From Eledone cirrhosa (taxonomy: Eukaryota): a DNA stretch of 64,000 nt. The stretch lies in assembly GCA_964016885.1 (NCBI GenBank), contig OZ024742.1, positions 269,452,001 to 269,516,000 of the forward strand. Reading direction: 5' to 3'. Positions 42,502-56,446 of the stretch are shown piece by piece; position 1 is the first letter of the stretch; each line of letters starts with the position of its first letter. The translations under genes were made by a program, and so were the position numbers. Below the pieces are notes generated by a model, which was not told the DNA's origin, ran no database searches, and worked only from the letters and a program-made list of their open reading frames with translations.

Positions 42502-43930
42502 AAATGAAAATCCGAAGGCAAGGTAAAATTCCAATCATTTAATCACGACACATATTTCAATAAGAGATAGATCGATTGTGAAGCCATGATCGATTATCAC
42601 TGATCTCATGAGGTGAAAATGAATTGTCTTCAAATTCTTGACATGAGGGAGAAAAAATAACGATGTTCTCTCACAGAATTCATTCCTTCATATGGAGACA
42701 CATCAGTCAGTCAAAGACACGGCGACTGCTATTAGCTTTAGTTGTGGTCATAAAAGTTTTCAGATTTCTATCGCTGCAAAAGACGCTGGACATCAATCAA
42801 ATCTGTAGGGATACAGTCAGTCACAGTTAAAAGTGAGTGGGTACTCCACACTGACGTACATCGGCTCGAGGTGAAAGAAAAATATATACATATATATACA
42901 CACATCAACACAGTATTAAACCCGTAGAATTGGCGTGGGTGGGTACACACATACTTTCACACACACCGAAGCGATGTCCGAGAAAAAAACAAATATAATA
43001 AAACAAATATAAGAATGTACCAGCACATCACTCACCGAAAGTTAGTTCACAAAGCAACAGAAGCTATGTCGGTCAAATCTCAATTTGACGATGTAAATTG
43101 GAAATATTGGTTTAACCAACGCCCCACACATACACACACAAACACACACGCGCGCGCGCGCGCGCAAGTCAGTTCAGTTCAGTGTTCTGCTATACGTGTA
43201 TAAATCGAATTGTAACATCCATACCTTCAAGTGTATGTTATGGTATATACACACACACTTTCACACACACCGAAGCGATGTCCGAGAAAAAAACAAATAT
43301 AATAAAACAAATATAAGAATGTAGCAACACATCACTCACCGAAAGTTAGTTCACAAAGCAACAGAAGCTATCTCGGTCAAATCTCAATTTGACGATATAA
43401 ATTGGAAATATTGGGTTAAGCAACGCCCCCCACATATATACACACACGCGCGTGCGCAAGTAAGTTCAGTTCAGTGTTCTGCTCTACGTGTAAAGATCGA
43501 ATTGTAACATCCATATCTTCAAATGTATGTTATGGTATATACACATCCGAATCGTCCAAAAAAGGGGGTATATCCGAGAATATACACATCCATGTGAAGG
43601 GCAAGCAATCAGCTCATGTCGAAATCCTTGTTTACCGCTGTCGCATTGAGAATCAGTGTCACCAAATCCGTGCGTGCAAGCAACTGCAATGTAGGCTGGC
43701 AAAGGGCTCCGTGTAAGGTTGGGTATTGCGCTAATGAGTCCGCAAGTGCGATTTCCCGTCATATGGGCCAATGAGATTTAAGATAGTTGTTTGAATGGTG
43801 GAGATGTGTTATCCAACACAGAAGGTGAAGTAAACACAGGACAGTAAAATCCAAAGGATGTGTGTAGGGCCATTAATGGTGTCTCAGTATTATTGTTCAA
43901 TCCGTAACAGTGAGTCCTCCATGGTTAGAT
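42500..43930 (-). mobile_element. Decayed PLE 3' end with tandem duplication of about 304 bp (42945-43545) and HHR relic at 42543-42616
   Basis: ccgaagcgatgtccgag occurs at 42966 and 43270. HHR relic: TCAC-CTCATGA..GAAAT-ATGT-GTC^GTGA. GIY-YIG-like remnant at 43550-43900. Confidence 0.55.
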
Positions 43931-44329
43931 GATCACGCATCAAAACCTGGTGTAGTGTTCAGTCGGTAGGAACGTGACAGTCGTAATTGTGGGAGCTCAA
44001 TGTCTAAATGAAACGGGTACTGTGTGTAGAGCTATGTATAGAGAGCGTAATCGGTCCTAACTAAGTGTGTAATCAATCTAACTATTTACTAGCTAGGTAT
44101 TCTAAAAGAGAGAACTCAACTGTGAGAACTCCATGGAAACAGGCCGAGTATCGTTTGGAGTTACGCAAACAATCTTAGCCGTCTAATTACCTAAGTGACT
44201 GTCTGTTTATTGAGAGAACTCTATGGCTAAAGTAGAGAGGAAGGAGTTATTGGTAGGTTACCTAATAACCTACCAATAACTCTTCCCTTTCTACTTATAC
44301 ATATATAAATATATACCGCTACCCTTCAA

Positions 44330-46070
44330 AAAGTCCACCTCGCCCCATTCCAACACTTGTGCATGCCTCCCGCACTCCGCATATTTCACCTTCTCTTCAA
44401 TAAAGCCGGCTACTCTAGCCACATCAACTTCATCAGCGGCTGCCTTCTCATCCATCTCATCACCTGGGTCTCTGCCCCACTTCCACTACATTCGTCCATC
44501 TTCATCGACCCTATCCTCACCCGAACTTCCCACCTTCTCATGTGCGCCACACTTCGCTCCCTCCTCTCCCAGATATGCGCCATCGATTGCAACCTCCGAC
44601 ACATCCATTTTTCTTTGTTATACCATCTTTTTATCGCACATTCTATCCTGCACCTTTCATAATTCACCAAGTTGTTCCCTCCTCATTCCTACCTTCCACT
44701 GCCACTAACCTAATCGTCCACATTGCTTGAAACTCCACCATCTTCTTCTTCCACGAAATAAATAAATCCGACACACCTGGCCCCCCCATTCTCTCCGCCT
44801 ACTACCCCTCCCAAATCCCTAATGCCTCTGCCTAATCGATTCATATTTCTTCCCATCCGGCCACCCACCTTTTCACACTTGACATCAATCCATCTACAAA
44901 CCGAAGGACTCCAACACTTCTACTCCTTCCGTAACAGTCCAACTGCACCCTCATTCGCCTTGCCGAGCTTGGCCTCACTTTCTGTTGCTTTTCTACTCGG
45001 GTGTGGTTTACCAACAGGTGACCGGGGATGTCATCTGAACAAAAATGGGCCCCAACTAAGCCAAATTATAAGTCGTTTAATGGGAGGCCTAAATCTTTTC
45101 TCAATACACGGTTCCACACGGGAATTACATGGTCGGTATATCGACGATTGTTTCAGCACTACCCCATCATCCCAGAACAACTCAACTCCTTCCCCTAATT
45201 CTTCTGCTTCCTCCTACCCACCCTTGATTTCACTGCATCCATCTCCACCACTTTCGTCCACTTCCTCTACATCTCCCTCTCTATCGACCAATCCCCTCGA
45301 ACCCTCACACCTCCTTATGTTAACCCACCGACTCTCACCTCCCCCACCTGGATTTATCACGCTTTCACCCCAACCGCATCAACCACTCAATCCTCTACTC
45401 CCCATTCATTCGTCTCCACCGACTGTGTAGCGGAACGCATTGCATTGAGACCCAAATCACATATATGGCTAGAATGTTCATTCGGCGAGAGTACTCTCAA
45501 CACTTGTCCAGGCCGCTCTCATCCAAGCTTTAAAGGTCGAAAACACCATGGCCTTCACACCACGCTACATACCCCCACATACGGATAACATTCCCCCTTA
45601 CCTACACCCATCACTTTGCCTACCAGCGGACAATTCCTCCACTCTTCCGCAACCTCCAGTCGGACTCATCCATCTCCTCCAATTTCCACTGCTAAATCCT
45701 CGCCCCCATTAAGAGCGCACGCAACCTCCCTAATCTCCATGTCAGCAGTTCATTCCCAGGTCCAACATTTACTCCCGACTCCACTGCTACAATTGTTCTT
45801 TCCTCATGGACTCACGGCATTCTAAATTAGGGACTACTTTCGTTGCACCTGTATGAATCCTATTTATGGTGTCCGGTGTCGACTGTGTTAGTCCCACTAT
45901 ATTGGCCGAAAAGACATTCGTATGGTGAACAGATGTTCAAGCAACTCTGGTACATCCGTCTGGTAATCCCGTCTCTCATCACCCGACATTCCACGAACGA
46001 CCTCTCAATTTTAGGCCATGCATCGGAACACCGGACTCACGCCCCTGAATATCTCAGTGATATGTGATAC
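44330..46070 (+). mobile_element. Decayed Penelope-like element of a second clade (RT plus GIY-YIG)
   Basis: FFFHEINKSDTPGPPILSA, TKMGPN, GRYIDDCF, FTC..IYGVRCRLC..YIG. Confidence 0.8.
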
Positions 46071-46254
46071 ATATCTTCTGCGAATACAGGAAAGGCACGG
46101 CATGTTGTTTTTAGTATCGTGAGAAAGTGTACATGTATTTGTTGATTTTATCTCCGCGTTCTGTTTTACTGTCGCGTTTGCATTTTTATATAGGGATGAA
46201 TGCGTTGCGGTTGTGTTAGAATTATGTATGATGATTATGTTGCGTACGTAGAGA

Positions 46255-46293
46255 AATACTTTTATGAGTAACATATTATCTGTAGCTAATATA

Positions 46294-46343
<50 letters not shown>

Positions 46344-47680
46344 AGAATGAAACGAAATTTCATTTCTCACTCTAAGTACGGCACTTACTTAAATGTAATT
46401 ATGTATGTATGTATACGTACATACATATATGTATACAGACGTACAGTAGTATGTATATATATACATACATGCACACATATATATATATACACGTATCGGT
46501 TTACCAAACATTTATTATAATGATCGGTTTGTTTGTTTGTAAACAAATAAACAGCCCGAATTACGCCGTTCGGTGTTTAGGCAACCACGTCATCTTTTTG
46601 TTCAACACTGACACAGGAACGATGTACTAGTTTCAAGCGTATTAGCTATCGTCAGCATCGTATACCTTCCTGCCAGATGGTTGAACGTCTGAAAGTATAT
46701 ACTTTCCCTATGCATATTAACGGCTGAGCAGCCTAATTTGCATATCGAGTGAGTTCAGTCGGCTGGTGCGTGTGTTTCTTATTGGCAACATGACCCTCCC
46801 AAAGCATAACAATATATATATATACGTACGTACATACATATATGTATACAGACGTACAGTAGTATGTATATACATACATACATGCACACATATATATAGA
46901 TGTACCTATGGGTTTACCGATCATTTATTATAATGCTCGGTTTGTTTGTAAATAAACAGCCCGAATGATTAGCCGTACAGTGTTCACCAACCATCGGTGC
47001 CATTTTGTTCAACACTGACAAAGGAGTGATGAACTAGTTTCTAGCTTATTAGATGTCATCAGCACCATATACCGTCGACTCAGTTGATTCAACGTTTGAA
47101 AGTACATGCTTTCCTTATGCATATTAACGGCTGAGCAGCCTAATTTGCATATCGAGTGAGTTAGTCGACCGGGCGTACTGAAAACGGTAAATGGAAAAAA
47201 TGAAATTTCATATCTCACTCTTAGTACGGCTGATACTTAAATATAAGTATGTATATGTACATACATATATGTATACAGACGTACAGTAATATGTAGATAC
47301 ATACATACATGCCCACACATATATATATATGTACGTATGGGTTTACCGAACATTTATTAGGTGCTTGGTTTGTTTGTAAACAAACAGCCCGAATATTACC
47401 CTTTGTCAGTGCTGAATCATTAGCCTTTGTCAGTGTTCAAGAAAATGGCAGCGATGGTTGCCGAACACTGTACGGCGAATAATTCGGGCTGTTTGTTTAC
47501 AAACAAACCGAGCATTATAATAAATATTCGGTAAACCCATACGTACACGTATATATGTGTGCAGGTATGTATGTATATACACAGTATTGTACGTCTGTAT
47601 ACATATATGTATGTACGTATACATACTTATATCTAAGTATCAGCCGTATTAAGAGTGAGAAAGGAAATTTCATTTTTTCC

Positions 47681-47722
<42 letters not shown>

Positions 47723-47755
47723 TAGCTACAGATAATATGTTACTCAGAAAAGTAT
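46255..47755. mobile_element. HHR-bearing tandem (about 407 bp) plus inverted non-coding element
   Basis: Repeated units at 46340-46770, 46830-47170 and 47190-47400, with an inverted copy at 47430-47755. Confidence 0.8.
46620..46660 (-). ncRNA. Minimal type-I hammerhead ribozyme (41 nt), intact core
   Basis: CGATG-CTGACGA-TAGCTAATACGCTT-GAAAC-TA-GTA^CATCG. Second copy at 47027-47067. Confidence 0.82.
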
Positions 47756-47769
47756 ATGTATATATATTA

Positions 47770-50062
47770 GGACGGAACCATTTTAACACTGGTTGGACCA
47801 TTACTCAATAGAGTTCTCGTTACTTGGGATACTATAGTATGTCAATATTATAAGGGGTCATGGCCCGACGGCTGATCTCTAGACAGAAGGGCCCACGGTT
47901 GAATGCCCATATCAGAAGGTATGTGGCTTGTCCATATAAAGGTATAAACTATCCATCCAATTGTAAGTTTTTTAATGAAATGTTTTAGAATGATTTGATT
48001 GTATTTTATTTATACAAATACACATACACACATTTTTATATATTTAGCGACTGGTTGTGTTTGTGGATATGAAGATGTGCACGTGTGTATGTGTATGTTT
48101 GTGTCTATGTGCGCATACATCTGTATCTGTATATATACTTACTTATGTGGGGATAGGTGAGATGGAAAAATTGTTATGAAGAGGTAGAATTATATTTATA
48201 GAATATCTATGGATGCGTGTGTGTCTACCAGCGGGCATGTTTTTCGCAATTTTTAGACAACATAGCCAGAGGATTGACGCCGCTACAAGTGGCTAAATCT
48301 TACTGATCAAAGAGTAGCCCGGTCACCAATCGACAAATTAAATATATCTATCAACAAAATAACCCATCTTTTAGTTCACTCAAAAGATAACATGTCATCT
48401 TGTTGTTGTAGTTTCGGGTGAGTGAATTATTTTGTGTTCTTTTTGTTGTATTTATTACTGGTTGCTAAGCTAAGTCTTTGTTTGTCTTAAATTACGGGCA
48501 GAAGTATGAACTTCAAAAAAAAAAAAAACACACATTCTAATTTGAGGAGTTAGGTGTGTATCTATCGGTGTGGAAGCATCATTGTGGATGCTCAAAATGG
48601 AGGTTGTGAAAATAGTCTAAAACTCCTGGTTAAGGTCTGAAGTTGAAGTATGATTTGTAAATCCGGTATTTACATAAAGACACGAGTTCATCCTCTTTAT
48701 TTAATAGTTGTTTCCTTGTGAACAAAATGTGGATGATTTCCTCGGAGCATAAACTGCAAGGGTGGCGTCTTCCTATATAATGTTTGGCCTTGGACAAAGT
48801 ACTGCAATACAGTTAGTAGGAAATGTTATCCCGCCATATATGGGAACTACTGGATAAAAACATTATCTACGAACTGAATTTGAGTGCCGTGTCCAATGCT
48901 AGATATCCATTTCAGAATTATCAACATCCAACAGCACGTGCGCAGCACCCGCAACCCCGCTAGCAAACATAGGCATCCAAGAAAAAACTTCGGATCACTA
49001 TATTTCATAACAAATAAATAATAATTATCAACACCACAACTCTTTCACAACGAATAAAAAACACTTCACCACCACCCATATACAACCCCTCACACACATA
49101 TTTGTAAGAAGGCACAAACGCAGATATAGACAAGCATCCTTAGTACCTTATATGTACACATTCGCAGTCACACAACCTACACGCATACGCCTTCTGACTC
49201 TGTAGTACTAGGACTCACCTAAATTAAAATATCAAAATATTAAAATGTATTAATCCACCCGTAGTTTAAAGTTTTTTAAGTGTCTTGTACAACAACCAGT
49301 AACACCTACAACAATAACTCTAATTAAACACGCACTCTATCATACATAGTCGCCTACAGCAATCTTAAGACTACTAAAAGGCAGAGCAGATAATTAATAA
49401 GTTCAACACCATACACGCACACATGTAACTCTGCAAAACTCCACACATTGGCACCCTCAGCTTCTCCACAAACGCGTATTTAATTAAAATGTATTTTTCA
49501 TTAATTGTATAATTCTGCCCGTAATTTAAGGTAATTTAAGTGTTAGCTTAGCAGCCAGTAACAAATACAAGAACAAAAAAGAACTGAAATAAATACACTC
49601 ACTCGAAATTCAACAACAACCTATTGCCTCCGTGTTCTACAAATTGCGAAAAACATGCCTGCTGGTAGACATACACACACAAACACACATCCACAAATCT
49701 TCTATAAATATAATTCTACCTCGTCATAACAGCTTTTCCATCACATCTATCCACACATAAGTAAGTAAATATACAGACATAGACTGATGCGAACATAGAC
49801 ATAGATGTACACACTTGTACATCTTCACATCTACGCATACAACCATTCCCTCAATATATAAAAATGCATGTTTGAGTATTGTGTATAGAAAATACAAGTA
49901 ATTCATTCCAAAACATTTCTGCAAAGCCCTATGAAGAAAATTTACATTTGGTTGGATAGTTTATACCCTTATATGGACAAGCAACAGCCCTGATGATATG
50001 GCCATTCAACCGTGAGCCCTTTTGAATGGAATGAACTCAGCCCACGGGCCCCGGCTATTTAG
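47770..50062 (-). mobile_element. Older PLE with diverged inverted arms (47860-48520 and 49500-50055)
   Basis: The arms are reverse complementary. The spacer has GIY-YIG tail HYIGRRHPCSLCSEEIIHILF. HHR relic at 49986-50056. Confidence 0.7.
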
Positions 50063-50063
50063 A

Positions 50064-50094
<31 letters not shown>

Positions 50095-50097
<3 letters not shown>

Positions 50098-51357
50098 TTT
50101 ATTCTTTTACTCTTTTACCTGTTCTAGCCATTCGGCTGGGGCCATTCTGGCGCACCCTTGTTGCTTCACATTCTATCTCCAGTCTGTGTTTGCAGGCCAT
50201 TAATGTATGTGGTGCCTTTAGGTTAAGTTCGTACCATGCCGTGGGGTCATCTAGGATCCTGGATAGCAGGTGTCGAGATGTTTCTTGAAAACATCCACGT
50301 CTGCACAATGTAGATCTCTCAAATTTCGTGGCAGATTGTTGAAAAGTTGAGGGCTTTTGAATCGCAGGCTATTGAAATACATGCTCCTTATTCTAGATGT
50401 GGAAGACGAGACCTTTGGCAGCACACAGTGACATTCTGTTTGGGAGTTGGTCCAGTTCTCAATGCCAACATTTGGTGCTAGTCCCTCCAGTATTTTCCAT
50501 ATGTATATCATTGCCTATCGCTCCCGTCTTCGTCCCAAGGAGTAGATTTTCAGTTATTTTAGCCTCTCCCAGTAGCTCATCTCCTTCATCATAGCAATCA
50601 TCTTGGCGTAGCTTCATTGGATTGCCTCAAGCTCCGTGTTTAGTTTGATACTATGGGTGAGCACAACCGGGACCAATAGTGCAGGTGGCTTAGGACCATG
50701 GCTTCCATAGTATCAACATGGTGTCCCGGTCTCTTTTTCGGAAAGTCACAATCAGCGAGTCGTCTGCACAATGTCGCCACCCTCTTGATGTGTGGATAAA
50801 AATATGTATCATTGCTCATGTCTATCCATAGGTCTCGTATCGATTTCGTCACAGGGATTTCGATCCCTCCAGGTCCGGTGTAGCTGCATTGTATTGACTT
50901 TGTGTTAGCAGGTTGGTATTGTAGGGCTTGAAATTGTCCAGCATTTAACTGCATGTTGTTGTCCTCAGCCCATTTGTATATGGCGCATCCAGATCATGTA
51001 AAATGGCAGCATGAGCCAGGTATTTGATTGCCTATGCTACCTTTGTGTCATCAGCATATCTAGTGGCGGATGTTGCATGTACTACAGAGGGCACGTCTGA
51101 GAGAGCCACCAAAAACAGTAGTGGTCCCAAGACTCTGCCCTGGGGTTCCGCTCTTGTTATTGATGTTTCCTTCTGTCTTTAAAGAAATGATGCAGCCACT
51201 CAACTACTTTTCTTTTCCAGTTATGCCGAGTCTGTGTAGTTTGTGACATAACATTCCGTGATTGACCTTCCCAAAGCCTTTCGCAAAGTCAGATATATCA
51301 CGTACACATGTTAGCTGTCCAGCAGTTGTTTCAGTACTCAGTCATAGTGTTGTAAAA

Positions 51358-51358
<1 letters not shown>
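50095..51358 (-). mobile_element. 5'-truncated CR1-group LINE (RT plus 3' tail)
   Basis: DFAK, VNHGMLCHKL, YADDTKV, IYIWKILEGLAPN, GP/SPQLFNNLP. Tail is AAAAGAGT repeats. Confidence 0.85.
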
Positions 51359-51390
<32 letters not shown>

Positions 51391-51394
<4 letters not shown>

Positions 51395-54126
51395 AAGAAA
51401 GACGAGTAACATGTTTGGCTGTATAATAAATGCTTTATACAAAGTGCTGACAATTGTTTCGTTGATCTGGTGCGTCTTCTAGAGTTCGCTAATCGCTTGA
51501 TGCTGCGTCAATCGATCTCCAATACGTTGTTTACAACCAGTCAATACGTCAGAGCGAGCGAGTGGATATGAGAATAATACGCAAGGCATGGCTGTTATAG
51601 AACAGTGGTGCTAAACCAAAACAATAACATCAGTAACAAAATATGTAGATAGCGAATAATTAAAGCAATAACATCAATCATAAAACACGCATGGTAAATA
51701 AACAGAGATGATACAGATGTATGAAGTGACATGCGAAATCTAAGACAGGGTACATTAAAAGTACTAGTAATATTAAGAGAATGAGTAAAAGTAGAAAAGG
51801 AATAAAATAATAAAATGTACATAGAGTCAGATTTTAGGACATCTACTGTAAATGCAATTATGAGAGATTTAGATACAAATGAGGTGTGGAGCTGAAAAAT
51901 GAACAACAATAAAACGGAGATTAATTTATGGTTTGACAGATAACTGCTTGTAGTAGATATTTTCCCCTATTGTATTATCCTAGTGAGATTGATGGAGGGA
52001 GTGTATAGAGATTTATGGTTCTATGGTAGCTGGTATTAAGTGAAAATTGTGGATTCAGCATGTTAAGGTTTAGGTGGTTTAGTCCAAATTTTGGGATTGC
52101 TGGCTCGAATCATCGAGGTTTAAGCTTCGTAGCATCAATAACAAAATAGCGTATAATTAAAACAATAACATCAATAATAAAACATGCATGGTAAATAGAT
52201 AGAGAACATGGCGAAAAAAATCAAGTATAGGGTACATTGAAATGATAATATAAGAAGAAAATAAGAGTTACAAAGGATTATAAAAGTAATAAGTTAAAGT
52301 ACTTAGAATTAAGTTCATCTGTAAGTGTTCATGGGTGCCAATATGAGATATGTAGATATAATTGTGTGGTCTGAAATAATGAACAACAGTAAAGCGAGAT
52401 TAATTTATGGGCTGACAACATAATTGATAACTGTTTGTAGTAGACATTGTGCCTCCTGTACTATCTTGATGGTATTGATGGAGGAAGGATGGAAGAGATT
52501 TACAGAAATTTATAGTTCTCAAGTATCTGTGTGACAGTGCGGATTTCATACGTTAATGTCTAAGTGGTTTTCTATTAATTTTGGGAATGCTGGTTCGAAT
52601 CACGATGGTTTAAATTTCGAAAAAATCAGTAGCAAACTTATGTGTGCAGAAAATTGATCTTTCTATTTTGCTGTGAAGCAGCATCCTATCGTACCTTAAT
52701 ATATGTAGCAGTTTCAAGTTACAGAGCCTGCAATGGGACATACCGCTAATTTCGACCAGCTAATATTGTATTCAATGTTTTTGTCCTTGAGCTGCCAGAT
52801 TTTATTGGTAGAATTCTCCAGTGCGCGGTTCCTAATAGAGTGTCTGTGGGCGACCACCTTTTTTTTTAAATTCCCCCGCTGTGGATCCAATGTAGTGACA
52901 AGTGGGATTGCCTGAATTTACAGTACACAGGTACACCAAGCTAGAATCCAGGAATCTATTCCTTAGTGGGCACTTATCTGGTAGGTGGCAATTGCAGTTT
53001 GAGGTATTATTCTGTGCAGCTTCCTCATTGCGGTTTTGTAAGTTGTTGTGTGTGGGTTGCGATTTATGCCTATTGATGTTTTGCTTTGGTGTGTTCATAT
53101 GCATTTGTGATTGTGATGTTTTTATGTTTTTGTGTTTTGTATTTGGTGCTATGGTGCGCGTTGGTGAGGTAAATTCCTTAGATAGATTTTTGTGGTTGAT
53201 CTTACGTATGTGCGATTCTATGTTGGCTGCAGTAGAGTATGAAAGTCTTATAGTTTTTCTATTGAAGATGTTATGATATCAATGTAGTGTAGGGAAGTGT
53301 TTATCTATTAGTTTAAAAAACGTAGAAGGTAGTTTAGGTCTTATAGATGAGTTGAAAATCGGATTGAACCATAGGTACTTTCTTTTACTGGTTCTTCTAT
53401 AGTTTTGGGGGTTTCTATTATTAGTGCTCTGTTCTCCTATTATTAGTTCTAGTTGTCTAGTTCTATGCTTAGTCCTATGCTTTTTATTTCTGTATGAGCG
53501 AGTAGTGTTGGTGTTATCAGGTTTGTTGATGTTGTCCCTATATATTATGTACTGCAGCTTTTCCTTATGCTCAGCCTTATGTAATGCTGCGTTATAATAG
53601 TTAGCTTGTTCATTAAAGATTTTCAGGTTTGAAGATAGGCGGGATATTCTGTGGGATATAATATGTGCTATGGAGTTAATTATGGATCGGGGTGGTTTGA
53701 GTTGTAACTAATGTTGGCTAGATTTTAATTATTCGATATCTAGCTATTTTGTTACTGATGTTATTGTAGCTACTCTTCGTATTATTCTCATATCCACTTG
53801 CTCTGATGTATTGACTGGTTGTAAACAACGTATTGGAAATCGATTGACGCAGTATCAAGCGATTAGCCAACTCTAGACGCACCAGATCAACGAAACAATT
53901 ATCAGCATTTTGAATAAAGCCCTTATTGTACAGTCAACCATGTTACTCTTCTTTCTTTAACTATTATTAATCCAAGTATAACCTGCATAGAAATTACTGC
54001 GAACTCGTTGCATCACTATGGAAGCGTCTTCTTGAGTCAAACTAAGCCGCACGTTAAAACCACCCACCTCACGGAGTACTCTAACTGGACTACCTCAAAG
54101 TAGTATAACGATAACTTGTTATCCCA
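51391..54126 (-). mobile_element. Penelope-like element with inverted pLTR (51391-51630 and 53730-53961) plus a tail of about 165 nt
   Basis: CNCHLPDKCPL..LVYLCTV..HYIGSTAGEFK and WFNP. HHR relics at 51447-51555(-) and 53799-53906(+). Diverged tandem of about 498 bp in the 3' UTR. Confidence 0.88.
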
Positions 54127-54227
54127 TATATATATATATATACGTGTGTTTAATGGTAGCTATGGTGCTTCCATAGGCGGTATGCCATTTGAGCACTCTA
54201 TTTTCTTACAGAGTAGAGTGTGATATA

Positions 54228-55570
54228 ATATAAAAATAAAAAAATCAGTGATGCACCTAGACTCAGTTTATTGCGTGTTACAATTGTTTCGCCGGCAGAT
54301 AGCTCGAGACATGATCATTGTATGAATCTGCCTGATTCTATAACAGCGGGTTCTTCGGACACCTGCAATGCTTTCGGAGCAAATTCTTTCACTGGGGTGT
54401 TAGTTTCAAAAAGCACCTTCAAAAAACATCTTCCACTCTTGTCTTGCCATTGGCTGTTGTTTTTCTACGTCATCATACATTCTGGTCAATATTTGCTGCC
54501 ACATGGGTCATCAGCTACTCTCTGTCCGACACACTTCAATGGACTCATGCTGGGTTTGGTATCTCACAAGTTCGCTCACACTCGCGAATATGTACCCACA
54601 ACTAGACACACACATATAAATACACATACACATACACGAACACGCAGACACATACACATATATGTATACACATATGTACGCACACATGTATAGACACATA
54701 CACTCATATACATATACACACACACACAATACCTCTCTTACACACACCCACACACACCCATATACACCCCAACACACGTCCACTGGGGCCTGCCTATATA
54801 CCCATACATCCGGTCTCATTCGCACGCACACACGCGCACACGCAGACACACACGTACATCCATACAAGGACACATATCAGCGTTAGCGTACATCTGCACA
54901 TATACACAAAGACGCACAGACATATACATAGACACACACACGCACACATACACGCACACATACACGCCTGTCCTTTTTGATAGGCAACAAGTACAGACAC
55001 GCTTCCAAAGACACAAACACACATACACATATACATACATATATACATGTATATATATCTACACACATGTATATGTACACGCACATAAACATACAAACAA
55101 ACCCTGCCCTAAGTAGGTGTTTATACACACACATACACACACACACTCACAGACACATACACACACACTTACTGGCTCATGTACATTCCAACAAATACGC
55201 GCCCAATTACCTCCGTGTCAAAGTACATGCACAAAGAAGATACACGCACGTATATATATATATCTGTCCTTACCCCAATGTGATATACGCACAGTCATAT
55301 AAATATGCTCAAAAGGTCATACAGAGTCATCCATGGAAGGATGCATCATGTTATACATGCACAAATATAAACCATGTAACCATACACATGTTTCCATACA
55401 CATACATGCAAGCATACATAGATACATTGCATGTGTCCGAAGAACCCGCAGTTATAGAATCAGGCAGATCCATACAATGATCATGTCTCGAGCTATCTGC
55501 CGGCGAAAGAATTGTAGCCCGCAATAAACTGAGTCTAGATGCATCACCGATTTTTTTTTGTTATATTATA
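54228..55570. mobile_element. Fold-back element with inverted arms of about 135 bp carrying CCGAAGA-core HHR-like motifs
   Basis: Arms at 54228-54362 and 55432-55570. Motif: GTGT-CCGAAGA..GAAAC-AATT-GTA^ACAC. Confidence 0.75.
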
Positions 55571-55600
55571 TATATATATATTTATATATATTTATTTATA

Positions 55601-56152
55601 TATATAGGCAAGAGTGATATTCAATTTGTTGGTAATTCAACAAATATAAATGTTTATGACAGATTCAGAGCACTCGAGAGGTTTTCAGGAGTATAATATT
55701 CAATCAATGATGTTAAATAAATGGAAACTATATTTATAAAACCATATTTATTCTATTATATATATTATATATATTTCAAGGGTACCAACATTTTATTTAT
55801 TTAATATCATTGATTGAATATTATACTCCAGAAAACCTCTCGAGTGCTCTGAATCAGTTATAAACATTTATATTTGTTGAATTACCAACAAATTGAATAT
55901 CACTCTTGCCTATATATATATATATATATATACGCTTTCATCAGATAAAATACAAACTTTGTTTTATAAAAAGATACCTTAACGGTTCGGAAAACTTGAA
56001 CCGTTAAGGTATCTTTTCTTGGTTATGTCAAAATCTATAAAACAAACTTTGTATTATATCTGATGAAAGCGTACCAATATTTTGGTAACCTTGAAATATA
56101 TATAATAGAATAAATATGGTTTTATAGATATATATTCCATTTATTTAATATC

Positions 56153-56155
<3 letters not shown>
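55601..56155. repeat. Nested fold-backs with an intact HHR at 56052-56112
   Basis: Inverted pairs 55601-55722/55795-55916, 55931-55988/55998-56073 and 55706-55790/56070-56155. HHR: CTGATGA-AAG..TACCAA TATT TTGGTA..CTT-GAAAT-ATAT-ATA. Confidence 0.82.
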
Positions 56156-56210
<55 letters not shown>

Positions 56211-56220
56211 TATATATATA

Positions 56221-56342
<122 letters not shown>

Positions 56343-56415
56343 CACACAAACACACACATATATATTCTTTTACTCTTTTACCTATTCCAACCATCCGACT
56401 GAGGCCATGCTGAGG

Positions 56416-56444
<29 letters not shown>

Positions 56445-56446
<2 letters not shown>

